Program-made: the position numbers and the translations under genes
Assembly (NCBI GenBank): GCA_002104905.1
Contig: MCFE01000515.1
Location: forward strand, 1 to 63,948
Direction: 5' to 3'
DNA from: Basidiobolus meristosporus CBS 931.73
Taxonomy: Eukaryota > Fungi > Basidiobolomycota
DNA: 63,948 bases
Part shown: positions 28,254 to 41,400 of the stretch, piece after piece
Numbering within the stretch: the first letter of the stretch is position 1
Layout of the letters: each line of letters begins with the position of its first letter
The notes under the pieces: model-generated
Seen by the model: only the letters and a program-made list of their open reading frames with translations
The model's database searches: none
Told to the model about the DNA's origin: nothing

Positions 28254-29210
28254 ATGTCACCTAGGAGAAATCGTGAACCCTCAGCCTTGGCAAAGGCATA
28301 CCTTGTTGCTTACAACACGGTATCCTGGTATGCCTGGACTTATGTGCTCGGTTGGGTCGTAAAGGATCTGCTTAATTCACCCGAAAACTACGCCCAAATG
28401 TGTGGCAAGGTCGGCTGGGCTCTAACTATTGTACAAACCGGTGCTATACTGGAGGTAAGAAACCCCCTTTTTCTACCCGAAATAAACAAAAGTATTGACC
28501 TGTTTTAGATATTCCACTCCATCATAGGTAACGCATAATTGGTACATAGCGATGCAAATCGAGGTGGAATTAATCTGTTTGAAAAAGGAATTGTTCGTTC
28601 TCCAGTCTTGACTACCACTGTTCAAGTATTCTCTCGCATTATGCTTGTTTGGGGTATTCTCTTCATGTTCCCTGTTCCCGAGGTATATATATATCGTTGG
28701 ATGGCCCACTGCTGGTATTTGTATTGACGGTGTATTTTTGGCATCCTTTAGGTACATGAGCATTGGGCCTTTACCACTATGACCATTGCCTGGTGTATCA
28801 CTGAGTCGATCCGCTACTCATACTATGCCATGAATCTGGTGGACTTCCAATCTGACGGCCTTCTTTGGGCACGGTACTTTGCCTTATGTTAGTTGACACT
28901 GATGTGGTTGATGATTAATGATTTTTGCTAGCTATACCTTCTTCTACGCACTCTATCCAATCGGAGCCACCAGCGAAGCTATTCTCATTTATCAATCTTT
29001 GGGGGCAGCCAAAGCTTTCAACACGTACTACTACTTCTACCTGATCTTCCTCTTAATCACATATCCTCCTGGTAAGCGGAAATTGATCAGCCTGCAAGAT
29101 AGCTTCGGTAACTAACGGCCCTCTTCTGCTTAGTGTTTCTCCATATGTATACGCATATGATGATCCAGCGCAAGAAGTATCTGAATCCCAAGGAGAAGAA
29201 ATCCGATTAG
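28254..29210 (+). CDS. PHS1: Very-long-chain 3-hydroxyacyl-CoA dehydratase (PTPLA/Phs1), multi-exon
   Basis: YLVAYN, QTGAILE, VRSPVLTTTVQVFSRI, AWCITESIRYSYY, LYPIGATSEA, HMMIQRKKYL. C-terminal KKSD. Confidence 0.9.
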
Positions 29211-29625
29211 ATGGTGTCAGCCATTCCAGAACGATGTGATTTGCTCAGCAATCAATTCCACAGATTATCAATCTGATCCGAAATACACGTCCATTCCGAA
29301 ACCACACAAGTTAGAGGATTGGCAATCAATCTATTATCCGCGGGTGTTGATTATGAGGATGTTTTATTCATTTTCATAATAAAGTGATCCGAAGAATATT
29401 AGCGAGCTATTGTTTTGTGGTGTGACTGGTTCGCCTATGTAAACACTGGAATCTGAGAACAGATTAGTGTCGCAAAATCAATTCTACGGACGCGTGCTAA
29501 TCTGTATTACCACCCGGATTCATATTCCAATTTCCCGAAATCCTCGTACCATTCCAGACGTGATCGAAATCAACCTTTCCTCTGCATTTCTTTTACCTTC
29601 GAAATACTCTACTGAACGCCCCGAA

Positions 29626-32527
29626 ATGAGATATGTTGACGTATTTCTGGTAACCCAGCTCGTCTTGGTATATATCATGTGTATGTTTCTGACACAGTAC
29701 CACAACAGAACGATAGACCAAGAGAGAGTTTCGATCTTCTATCTCTTCGGTTTAAGAAAGCAAAGGGTTTGAATGAAGAGCTAGCCGAGTTTTTTAAGGA
29801 AAGGTAGTGCTCGGAACCCAATCGCTACGTTACATCTATTAAGTTCCTGTTCATTGGATAAAGGGCTCTCATCGAAGAAACGTATTCTAAAGCGTTGTTA
29901 AAGCTGGCAAACAAGAAAATCGTTTCCGACAAAGCCGTGTTTGGGTAAGGATTTATTGGTGCCTTGAGGATCTAGTCCAATCGGTTGGTTTAATTGCTTT
30001 TCACCGCTTCAGCTCCCTTGGTCCTGCGTGGGGCGAAATAATACATGAGCTACAGGAGACGGGGAACAACCACGCAAACTTCGGTCGTAGAGTGCTGGAG
30101 GAGGTGTCGAAGCCACTTCGAGAGTGTCATAATTCAGATCCAGGATGGAGCAGTTTAAAGACTGTAAGCTTGCAAGCAGTATTTCATGAACGTAATGTTC
30201 AGGTCCCAAGGCTAACTTGAGCATTTCTACAGCATGAAGCTTCCATATCAAAAATCATCAAAGATTACGACGATACGAATGCCAAGCTGAACAAGGTTGC
30301 TATTCCATATCCAGTTGATAGTATACGAGCACTCACTAACCCCAACTGAAGCATAAAAAAAATGTCGATAAAACCATGGGAAAGAAAGCAGCGACTGCGG
30401 GTGCGTGATAATTCACTGTTTTCCTCAACATGCTCTCCTGACTGAAAACACGCACACGATATTTAGCAAAAAAACTTGCCGACTCCTCTAGAGCAATGGA
30501 TGATGCCGTTCGTAACTGGATGCAAGAGGCTCCTGCGTTATTCAATGTAATTTCGAATCCTAGATACACAACGAACTTGCATACCAACCTCATATCTTGA
30601 TAGAAATACAACCAGATCGATGAGAAAAGATTGGAGTGTCTCCAAAACTCATTCCGCAAATACGTAGAGCTTGAGATGGCTGATAATAGGGTTCAAGCGG
30701 AAGTATGTGGGGTATAGTGACTTTTTCTCGTGAACATTGTACATTAACTATTTTCCCTCAGCAATATGGAAAAACAATGAACTCAATCCAGCAGTTTGAC
30801 ATCCAAGCGGAGATAGATACCTTCTGTTCCAACAAGCCACTTGATTTCGGAAGAATAGGTAAGTAGGTCCATCTGCTGTACCCAGACGAACGCTGTACTG
30901 AATGTGCATTTGAATGCTAGCTTCTCTCAGTGAGAGTCTTGAAGGTGTGTATGCTTGTCACATATTCGTTGCCATACCGTATTTCTGACCAAAAAGCCAT
31001 TCAGGATCGAGATCAGCGCAACCTGATACTCAAATTCATCGGTCTTCTACTACTCAGAGGTAAATTACCATGAAGTCAATGAAATTATACGCATGTTAAT
31101 TTTCCCATAGTGCTTCATATTCACAACCAGCTCAATCAAACACATTCAACTACGAGGAGCCGGTAACTATTGCATCGCTCATGGATGTTCCTATAGCTAC
31201 TTTCTTATTCACACCACCTTATCTACAGAGCATCGACATCACAAGCAACCCATTTACTGAAAGCGGAGCGATGCCCGTGACTGACTCGGAGGGATTCTCG
31301 GTTCCTCCAGCGGATTCTACCCCCTGGGCTCAAGTAGCTGAAGAAAACGATGCTGCTGTAGAGGATGCTCACGAGGCCGGTGGTGCCAAAATGAAGATTG
31401 ATATTTCGGACAGAGTTATCACCGAGGAACCTGCAGAAGCCTCAAAAGCTCTCACCCGAGTGAGCAGCACCCTAAGGTTAAAAAACACCATCAGGCGGAG
31501 CACGATTCGAGGCAGAAGAGATACAAGAAGTAAGCCTGGCTCACTTGATCAGTTGAACGGAGCACATGCTGTGCCTGGCTCCACCATAACGGCATCCTCG
31601 TTAGAAGCTCACTTGGAATCGTTAGGCGGTATTATGAACGGGCCTGCAGATGGAAATGAAACGTTCAGATACCGTGAATCCAGACATGATACTCTGGCAC
31701 GACGTGATAGTGTGATGCCTCGACTTTCTATGTTCCCTTCGAACCCGAGCCTTTCTTCTGGCAACTCTGAGCATACTGGCATCTCGGAAGCTGGTGAACT
31801 GAACGGATTTATTTCTGAAGTCGTGAATGTTCTCTTCAGCGATGGTCAGATATCCAAGGTGTTTATCACCGGAGAAATAGTGTTCTCAGGAAACGCGCCT
31901 ATCCCCTCGAATTCTCTTCGAATGACCATAGGCAATGCAAAGTGCTTCGAGCGTCTTATTCCCAATCAAGCTCTTATCTCGTCAATTGATGAGGAGAATG
32001 GTGTGTATGAGCTAAATGTTGGGGCGTTGTCGCAGACTAGTCATTCTAAAGCCACTGTATTCAAGTACCAATTGCGCGTCAATGAGGCACAAAAATTGCA
32101 GTATGTTCCAATCCTCCTAAACTCGGTTTGGAAATGTGAGGAGACATTGACTTCGCTAGTGGTTACCTATCAAGCAAACCCTGAGTGTGTGTTGAAGGGC
32201 ACCTTATCAGAAACCTCGTTTGTGCTCCCTGTCGACGATGGCGTCACCAACATCCAGTCGAAGCCGCTGGGTATCTGGAACGCCGAGAAGCACCGCTTAC
32301 TGTGGCAAGCTGAGGACATCGAGCCCGCCTCAAATGAGCCACATAAATTGCTTGCGCGCTTTGAGACTAAGGCCCAAGGCCATCCAGCATCAGTGGCAGC
32401 TAAATTCACACACAAAGGAGGCATTTTGTCCCCAATGCATCTTGAAATTCCCGAGGGACCCATTAATCTCCACTACAAGCTAACCTCTGGTAAATACATT
32501 GCTGCACCTGGTCAGGCCCCACAATGA
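29626..32527 (+). CDS. SYP1: Muniscin Syp1/FCHO-like endocytic adaptor (F-BAR + mu-homology domain), multi-exon
   Basis: MRYVDVFL, LAEFFKER, IEETYSKALLKLA (F-BAR). Last exon has ITGEIV, FKYQL, SKPLGIWNAEKHRLLW and SGKYIA (muHD). Confidence 0.85.
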
Positions 32528-32727
32528 ATGCGGTCATCCATTACAGAGTGTACATAATATCCCAATGGTAGTCTCGTTGTTATCATTAACTCCAATCCAC
32601 CCGTCTGTTCTCACTGCAGCGAATTTTGTCCACCATTGTACTTCTGCTCGTGAGGAAATTTGGAAATAGAACTACGATTTATTTTACAAGGTCTACATAT
32701 TATCTAATAATGAACCTAGTGGTTGGA

Positions 32728-34786
32728 CTATAGGGCTTTTTCTTTCATCTTGGCTTCGACCAAGGCTACTGAGCGGTGAACAACATGTGGATGTACTCCC
32801 ACCAATTTGCCCGCAATTTCAAGTATCCTCCCATATTGTGGATGGAATGCGCCCAGTGGATCAGGCGGATATTGATAGGAGATATATTGGTCGCCGGCGT
32901 CGTAGCATTCGAAGCTTTTATCCCGATAGAAGGATGCGAGCTGATCGTCATCCTCAGTGGTGTGATTCGTAAGCTCAAAGACTGGCGTGAATCCGGTAGC
33001 TTGGTTGATGGACTCGAAATGCCTTGTAATATCATCCGCGCCTTTTTCTCCACCTTCTTTGACAAACTCCTGACAAAACTCTACAAACTCGTCGAGGTTT
33101 TTCTTGGCATATTCCCGAAGATTGCTGCGGATAGCATGATGGTTGGAAAAGGCGGTGGCGTGCTGATTTGAGAGTGGGTGCAACTTACCTATAGTCACTA
33201 GGCACGTGTGTGCGAGACAGTTGACTGGTTTGCTTGCTTATTGAATAGAACCAATCGTGGATCTTCGGAAGGCTTTCGGTGATGTTTAACGGGTCTCCCG
33301 CTCTAAATGGACGAGTGTTGTTAGCGTTGCACGGAGAGAAATGGAGCAGGCGCCGAGGTACCTAGGGACGTCATCAAACCCATAGAATAGCTTGACAGAA
33401 GCTATCAATGCCCCCATGATCAAGCAACTGGGCGGCGGATCAGCACTATGAATGTGCATATTGAACTGGCATAATTCGATCAATTTCATTGCACAAACGA
33501 AAAACTCGGCTGGAACGATAGCAACAATGGTTACACACATGTATCACACCAACAGCTCTCCCAGAGAAACCTACATGGTAAGACCAGCTCCCGGACAAAG
33601 CGATAAAGCACCGGGGGCGTATTGATTTCTGGAATGACAATGGAAAATTTGTTCTCGAAAAATCTGGCGAGCATAGCAGCAGACCTATGCAGCTTATCAC
33701 AACTCGGAATGGTCTACACGTCCATCTTCATCAGTGACTGTTTCTGGAGCAACCCCAAAAAGTATCCATACCTTAGCTCTCAGCGTAAATGCTTGCTCTT
33801 TACTGATATGAATCAGCAATCTCTGAGGTAGTGTGTTGTATGCTGTAAGGTATGCCAGTTGCTTATTTGATGCTAGTCTGTTGGGTGGGTCAGCAGAAGG
33901 CCGGGAAAAATATGCATTCTACATCGACTAACCTATGGAGATCTACGAGTAATACTGGTAACTTTAGCCACTGCATTCCTAAATAGCACAGTATCAGGGA
34001 CCACTCCAGACGAAGGTCTTTTGGATCCAGTCCTGATGTTGTTGCGGGCATGGCGTCAGGTTCACTCTCTATTACTTCTGTGACCGTCACCTCTTCGGGA
34101 TCATTCTCCTCGTTTTCATCCAAAGGCTTGTCATAGGCCTGATCTATCTCTTCTTCCAACTTGGCGATTTCGTCTTTATCGCTCACATCTTCTTTTTGGA
34201 TTTTATCAAAGAATTCCACGTCGCTCTCGTTGATAGTTAAACCAGCCTGTGATACATATAGCGTCCACAACTCTTGAACAACTTTCTGGATAATCGTATA
34301 TTACTCACCTGAAATCGATTGGTAACAGTAAAGGAAGGGTAGATACCTCGAGCTGTGCTGGGAATCCAAGATCAACAATTAACGTATTCAACTGCTTACG
34401 AAGAATGATCTGAAAACATTGGAATAGCAAAAAACGACCCCGTTCACCGTACAATACTGTGACATATATTACGAAAACATCAATATCCCAGCTGTTTACC
34501 AACATACTGAGCTAGGTGCGCTGACCTTCGATTCGTTTCTCCTCCTCATTGTGGTTGAGGCGCTTCTTTCTGGTTGTACGACCACCTCTAACATCCTCAA
34601 TGTCTAGTTCCTCCTCTTGATGTCCCTATGTGTATATATTCATGCTACTAAATATGTGTCGTTTGTCAAATGTAATCATTGGGCTTTCCGTACTTGAAGC
34701 TGGTGACCAAATTCGCAAATCAAGAAACCAAGATCGTTACGAAACCACCGACGTGATTTACATATAGGACACGTGGGTTTTTTCAT
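32728..34786 (-). CDS. RRN7: RNA polymerase I core factor subunit Rrn7/TAF1B-like, multi-exon
   Basis: N-terminal zinc ribbon MKKPTCPICKSRRWFRNDLGFLICEFGHQ, then ELWTLY and CYLGMQWLKLPVLLVDLHRL. Confidence 0.75.
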
Positions 34787-35171
34787 GGCCGAAACCTGGA
34801 AGGACCTTGGAACCTGGGAAGGTTGGTGCAATAGCGAACACTGTCAATAAAAAATCCAAGTAATTTTCTTCTCGTAGCTGTCACTAGGGTAAACATGAAA
34901 ATAAACAACCTTCAGAGCTTAATCACATATTGATTAGGAGTACACTTAACATTGTGCTTTTCTGAACTGGAAGTATAGACTTCATATAACTTAATTGGCC
35001 AAAAATCCTTAACATCATGTGAGGTAGTGTGACCCTAGCATACATTGCATTCAATTTGGTGATCTGAGATTAACAGTCACCCTCTATATCAATTGCAACA
35101 GCACTGACATCTCCAGATTGCTCTCAAGTGCTTAACCACTGTAGTATACTAATCGTACATAGAATTCTTTA

Positions 35172-36661
35172 ATGTCCAGATCCATTCCCATAGACAGCAA
35201 CTTATATCGTATTGCCAATCGTGCTAATGAGTATTTTTCTAAGGCTCTATACAGAGATGCTGCCAACGAATACACCAAAGCTCTCACTCAAACAGCTCCA
35301 GATTATGCCTCTGTGGAGTCCGAATTATCCGATTTCGTTGCGTTACTGCTATCAAAGCGAGCCGCTTCTTACTGTAAAATAGAAGAGTATGAAAAAGCCC
35401 TGAAGGACGCTATCACCGCCACCCAATTGAAGCCGGAATGGAGCAAGGTTTTTTATATTAGAATTGAGAGATAGCGATAAGTCGTGGAAACTAGAATTAT
35501 TTATTAGGGCTATCTTCGTATGGCAGAGATCTTTCTTGCCCAGCAGCAATTTGTGGAAGCCATAGCCTATTATGAAAGAGCCGCGAATTACGTAAGTCAT
35601 ATATCGGTGAAGTGCCTCTTCCTTCACTTACACTCAGCCCCGTAGGATTCAGAAGATGTGGAAATTCGTATCGGGAAAGCCAGAGCAAAGATAATGAAAG
35701 AAGAGGACGACAAAGGTACACTGTTGAGCTGGATATTCTTGCGAGTTGTTTTTCTTAACACCACTTCTACTACAGGATTCATTTCTATCCAACTTCTAGC
35801 TGGCCGCGATATTGCCAATACATCGTCCTATAATCCAATCCAGAATAAGATATTTGAATATGCAGCTGAAATGCGCAATTTTATTTATCTAGTGGCAGAC
35901 AAGAAGACACGGGAATGCGTCGTGATAGATGCCGTAAGTTGAAGTCTCTGCAGTTCGCAGCAAGCCATCCAACAAGCGATTAATGTTCATCGGTTACAAC
36001 TAGTGCTGGGATGCCACGGGGATCATCAACATTATCGAGAAACTTAAATTCAAATTAGTTGGTGCTGTAGTAACCCACTACCACTTTGATCATGTAGGCG
36101 GTAAGCCCCACAGACAAATACTTAACCATCAAGCACCACGCGCTGATGCTTGCATTCCCAATAGGATATCCACCACCACCTTTCGATCAACTTCCTATCC
36201 GAGTCTCAGGACTAGCTACAATCCTCAAACGTTGGCCACAGGTCAAGGCGTACATTCACAGCGCTGACATCAAGTATCTTCGGGAATCCAACCCCAGCCT
36301 AGAAATTGAGCGGATCATCCCAACCTGTCATAATTATACTCTCAAACTGGGCGAGACTACCAATCTCTCGTTCGTTCACACCCCTGGCCACACACCAGGC
36401 AGTCAATGTCTCTTTGTCAATGAAATCCGGCTTTACTCCGGAGACACGCTGTTCCTGGGGCACTGTGGTAGGCTGGATTTGCCTGGCGGCTGCAAGCACG
36501 ACATGTACGATACGTTACAGAGTGTGCTGCGCGCACTGCCGGAGGAAGTGGTTGTCTATCCGGGCCACAATTACGGGGGAGCATGGACCACAATTGGCCA
36601 AGAGAAGTGGTATGGAGTACTAAAGGAAGTCACTAAGGAGAAGTTCGAAGAGTCACGGTAA
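35172..36661 (+). CDS. TPR-domain + metallo-beta-lactamase-fold (glyoxalase II-like) fusion protein, 6 predicted exons
   Basis: Three TPR-like units (ANEYFSKALYRDAANEYTKAL; LLSKRAASYCKIEEYEKALKDA; WSK|GYLRMAEI). In-phase splicing leads into QLLAGRD, MRNFIYL, THYHFDH, HTPGHTPGS, GDTLF and YPGH. Confidence 0.8.
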
Positions 36662-36865
36662 ATCGGATTGATGAGGATGGACGATACCCTGATTTAATGT
36701 GCTATTTATGTATAATACACTTCAGCTGACACGCATTGCTTGTTGATACCACCGAACCAGACTAATCCACCATAAACTTAATTTTCATCATTCTTTCCTG
36801 GAAAACCAAGAGCATCAATTTCATTACAAACATGATTAGCAACGACAAAAGTGAAATGTACAAGA

Positions 36866-37609
36866 TTATTTAACTGGGGGTGGTGCATTGAAAGGGTTTA
36901 GTGGGTTAGCTACAGGGGCTCTCATGTATGGAGCCTCCATCATATCCGTAACGGGACGCTCATTTTTGAAGAAGAATTGTAGAGAGAATTGCTTGCTGTC
37001 AGGATCCCAATGGGTAAAGAACTTCCCTTCACCTTTATCGATCTCCCGGCTTTGAACTTTGAAAGCGATGGTTTCGTATGGCTCTGCGGCGAACAATAGA
37101 TATTGGTACATACGATTAGGTGCCTCGATACGCTGTTCATAGGCAGACATGAAGCGATGGCGAGGGTTCACTTCAGTGCCAACCTCTGGGTACTGGATTT
37201 GGAATAGCAAGCCGAACTGACGAGTGACAGGATCTCTCACTTTGGTGACTTTGTATCCTGGACGACCGATCTTGATGACATTCTTTTTTACCATGATCTG
37301 TGGTTGGGCGATCAGCCCAGGCTGGATCCCTGATTCTTTTGCCTCTCTAGCAGCACGTCGAGCCAGGTTGGTCTGATGCTTTTTACCTTGGGTGTGAGCC
37401 AGGTAACTACCCTCGTTCGTGTGGAGGGTCAAACAAAGTTTACATTCGTATGAACCCAGGTGGTTTTTCATGAAGTACGGATCTTTCGCTAGATCGATCG
37501 TTTCCAGCGCGAGTTTCCGTAGACGCTCTCTTCTATCCACGTTAGATTCGGAGTGCCCTGCAACACCGGCAGAGCCGGGCTTGGAACCGGCACGGTTTTG
37601 AAAATCCAT
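36866..37609 (-). CDS. PRP11: Splicing factor 3A subunit 2 (SF3A2/Prp11), intronless
   Basis: MDFQNRAGSKPG, ECKLCLTLHTNEGSYLAHTQGKKH zinc finger, KIGRPGYKVTK. Confidence 0.97.
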   Translation of the reverse strand: MDFQNRAGSKPGSAGVAGHSESNVDRRERLRKLALETIDLAKDPYFMKNHLGSYECKLCLTLHTNEGSYLAHTQGKKHQTNLARRAAREAKESGIQPGLIAQPQIMVKKNVIKIGRPGYKVTKVRDPVTRQFGLLFQIQYPEVGTEVNPRHRFMSAYEQRIEAPNRMYQYLLFAAEPYETIAFKVQSREIDKGEGKFFTHWDPDSKQFSLQFFFKNERPVTDMMEAPYMRAPVANPLNPFNAPPPVK

Positions 37610-37798
37610 CCTCTTAAGCTGTTTCCCTGGATTGCTGGTTCACTTGGTTCAACCTACTTAGTGTGCAGGGTTCTTGAGATTAGGAAATGCCTAACTTCAG
37701 ATGATCAACTCGTACCTTGGTTACGTGGGGAGGATTTTTTTACATTTTTTTGGACCAATCATCGATATATTTTAACTGAACAAGCAGATGGAGAAGGG

Positions 37799-37919
37799 TT
37801 AGGGTTAGGGCACATAACCACTAATCACAATCATTTAGATTACTCATGATTTAAACCCTAATCGCAATCATGATATGTGGCTTGGAATAGTAGTTATTGA
37901 ATGTTGCTCCTGATTAGGG
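37799..37919. promoter_or_regulatory. Cluster of telomere-like TTAGGG/CCCTAA hexamers in the divergent PRP11-formin promoter
   Basis: TTAGGGTTAGGG 37799-37810, AAACCCTAA 37853-37861, TTAGGG 37914-37919. Function is inferred only. Confidence 0.35.
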
Positions 37920-38411
37920 TCAATGCTCACAAGACAGCTCATTCTACTGAGTGTTCAGGCTAAGCAGCCAGAGCCTCAGTGCTGTGCTATCCATAAGTGT
38001 AAATGACCTGGATTTCAGTTGGCTAGAGACAGGAAACAGCTGGTCTGACATTACACAGGAGGTAAATTAGGCAAATTACAAGCCTAAAGGTCTGATTTTT
38101 TGTAAAAGTATGAACGATTAAGTTGGCAGGGTTTGATCGAGTCTGCTGGTCATATATATGGCGCGTTCTATTATAAGATCTGATCAATTTTGGAATCACT
38201 CATATTTTTAGGTTTCTCAATTGGGCTACTGGCACTTTAGTTTCCAGTATATAAAAGCGGTGTTAAGTAGCTTGAGCCATTTGCGTTGGATAACATTTAC
38301 GAGAGATAAACTACAGCACTGGGGCAAAAGACCTTGGAGATTCTGTATTTCTGATTTTGTCTCCCCTGAACACTCCGCTCTCATCTGTCTAGCCCGTCTA
38401 GTGTTAGCAAG

Positions 38412-41400
38412 ATGGCCAGCTTTATCAGGGACGAGGATGTGCCTCGTCTCTTTGAGGAGCTATTGGTACGTTGGTCTTCCCAGTGCAATGCCAAGTAATT
38501 TCTAGAGCTCACACACCGAACCATCTCAACAAAAATAGAATGAAATGGGTTTAGATGATGCCAAAAAAGCCCCACTAAGGATGCTTTCGATACAACACAA
38601 AAAAAACATGCTGACAGCACAGAAAGATCTGCGCGCCCAAGATGTATGTCCACTCCACAGCATAGCGTCACATCTCGAAAGTACATGTTGCTCAAGCCGG
38701 GTTTATTTAGGCAAGGAATCGGCGTTCCGGGCGGTTTGATAGCATGCCAGAATTCTATATTCGCAAACTTACCGACGTGGATATACGATACCTTTCGGTC
38801 AAAGACCTGTCTTCTTTAAGAGTTTCCCTGTCCACTCAAGCATTAACGTAGGTGGCCGGGAGAGTTTTGAACACTGGAACGAGAATGCTGACTGTTTTCT
38901 TCCAGATGGGTCAACCAATTCATTGAGCTTAAAGGTCTACGCCACTTATCGAATATTCTCGTTTCATTAAGCAGAAAATACAAAAGGTAAGACCGCCCAA
39001 GCATCTCGAAAACACGCCTCCTTCTTACTCCGAACCACACAGATCGAGCTCGGACAACCAAATTGAGCACGAAGTAGTTCGTTGTTTAAAGGCGCTATTC
39101 AACACGAAGGTAAATGACGTGGTGATTATTGTCCGCCAGCTCAACCATTCAGCTCACTTTGGCATTCGATAGTGTGGAATCAAGGACGCGCTGGATCAAC
39201 CTAGATCTGTGACCAATCTATGTTTCTCCCTGGACTCCCCTCTGCTTAGCACGCGCAAGTTGGTTGTGGAAGTGATGATCTTCTTATGCCATTATCAGCT
39301 ACCAGTTGGCCTCAACCATGTGCTGAAGGGAATCAAGACGGTCGAGGAGGCACGTAAGGAGTACGGCCCATTTGAAGCCTGGTTGAGACCATTTGAGTCT
39401 ACCATTGATGGTCGAGGCCGTATGGCGTCTTTGTCGAATTCGGTACAGCAGAACGATCATGATATCGTGGACTACACCGTAAGTGGGTTGGTTATGTGTC
39501 TTGATGCACCAGTGGCTAATCCTGTAGCATCTAGCTATCCAACCTGATTCTGTTGAACAGTATCGTTGGAAACTGCAGCGAGATCGAGCTAAGAATCCAC
39601 GTGAGAACGCAGATGAATGCGGCCGGGCTTCGTCGAGTTATCCGAGTAAGTGGTTGATAGCGCTCAGTCGCCGTGTATTCTGCTGCCTAACCCATGGATC
39701 TCGCTAGAAAGTGAAAACGTTTGCGAACGAGGCCATAAACCTCCAAGTGTCCAAGTATCTCTTTGAGGCCGAGCAAGATCTTTTATACCTGATGGATGAC
39801 CGCCCGCCTGATGGAGATGATACTTCCTCGATTATGGCGCCTTCAGTACCAGACACCTCCGACCCGCTTGTTCTGTTTCATATTCTTCTATCCTCGGTTG
39901 AAAACACGCCTTGTTACAACCATTTCCTGTCGATCTTGCAGCATATGATCATGATCCCCTCAGACCCAATGTCCAAGTTCGTACAAGTTGCTGAGTGTCG
40001 CTTCAATAGAGATACTGATTGATTCTATTACCGCAGGCAAAAGTTCTACAAGCTCATCGATAAGTTGATCATGCAGATCATCCTTGACGATTCAGGGATG
40101 CCCCATGACCTTTCTAGTGTGTACGGGGTGTCCGTCGGGAATATCCTTTCGCGGTTTGGAAGCGAAGACAAGATCGACGAGCTGCAGGAAGAGCTTAAGA
40201 AGTGGCAAGAAGAGGCAGCAACAGCCAACAAGAAGCGTTCGGAGCTTGAGATGGAGCTTGGCATGATCAACGACGGACTGTTTGGCAACATGAAGACCAG
40301 AATCGCCTCGCTGGAGGATATGTTGGTCATGTCGCGAAATACAGTTGAGCTTCAGAAGAGTCAAATTGCTCAGTTGACTGAGGAGCTGGACCGACTGAAA
40401 GCTGGGAATACCGGGACGCACTACAATGCCCCACTGCTAGCGTTCCCTACCCCATTCTCGTTCGTGGATGCGGATGATTATGTACCTTTGTCCAGCATTA
40501 GCAACAGTCGACCTCCATCAACAATCGGCCCGCCTGAGCCTGCTGAAACCTACGGTAGCGGGCCGCTCATGGCGATGCCAACTCCAGATGTAATATACAA
40601 TGCTGGTCCCACCAACTACACGGGTAACGAGAGTGGCTTTAATGCCGTGCCACCAATGCCATCTGTTCCTTTTCCTCAGTTCGATGGTGGGTCGAGCGGG
40701 GTCGCTCAGCCGAATCACCCACCAGTTTCACCCTACTCACCTACTTTCCCCCATTATACTGGGGGTCATACACCAGTGTCACCAGGTAAGCAGGCCCCAG
40801 TTATGTTCCTTACGACGGCGGCAATACTAAGCGATGTGATATCCAGTTCCCCACTCCCAATATCCAGGACAGTATAGCAATCAGCCATACGTTCCAAACA
40901 ACTCTACAGCACCGGTAGCCTACGAGCCCTTTGGATCCGGATATGCTAGTGACTATCTTGGTGGCCACGGTGGTGCTCCAACGTCATATGTCCCACAAAT
41001 TGGCGGGTTTCCATTCCCAACTCTACCAAACCAAGGGCAAGGCTACGATCATGGCCATTACGACTGGAATCCACCATATAATCAAGATGCTTACCATCAT
41101 GATCCTTACTCACCAGCCCCTCCTTACGGCCAGCAATTCCCTGGGCAAAACATATCGAATACAGATGATCTCTCTCACCAGCCCCCATCTCTCCCGCCAC
41201 GGCCTTCTAAGGCAGATGAGGTGCCTGTAAGTATGCCTCCTATCGCACCCGACGGGGCTGATGCTCCATTACAGTCTGGCAACAGTAATTTGGGAGAGTC
41301 GACTCCACCTTCTGAAACAAAATTACCCGAATCTTCGTTAAGTGAGGTCCTCCCTTCTGGTACCATCTCACAGCCTCCAACTTCTGATATTGCACTCCAA

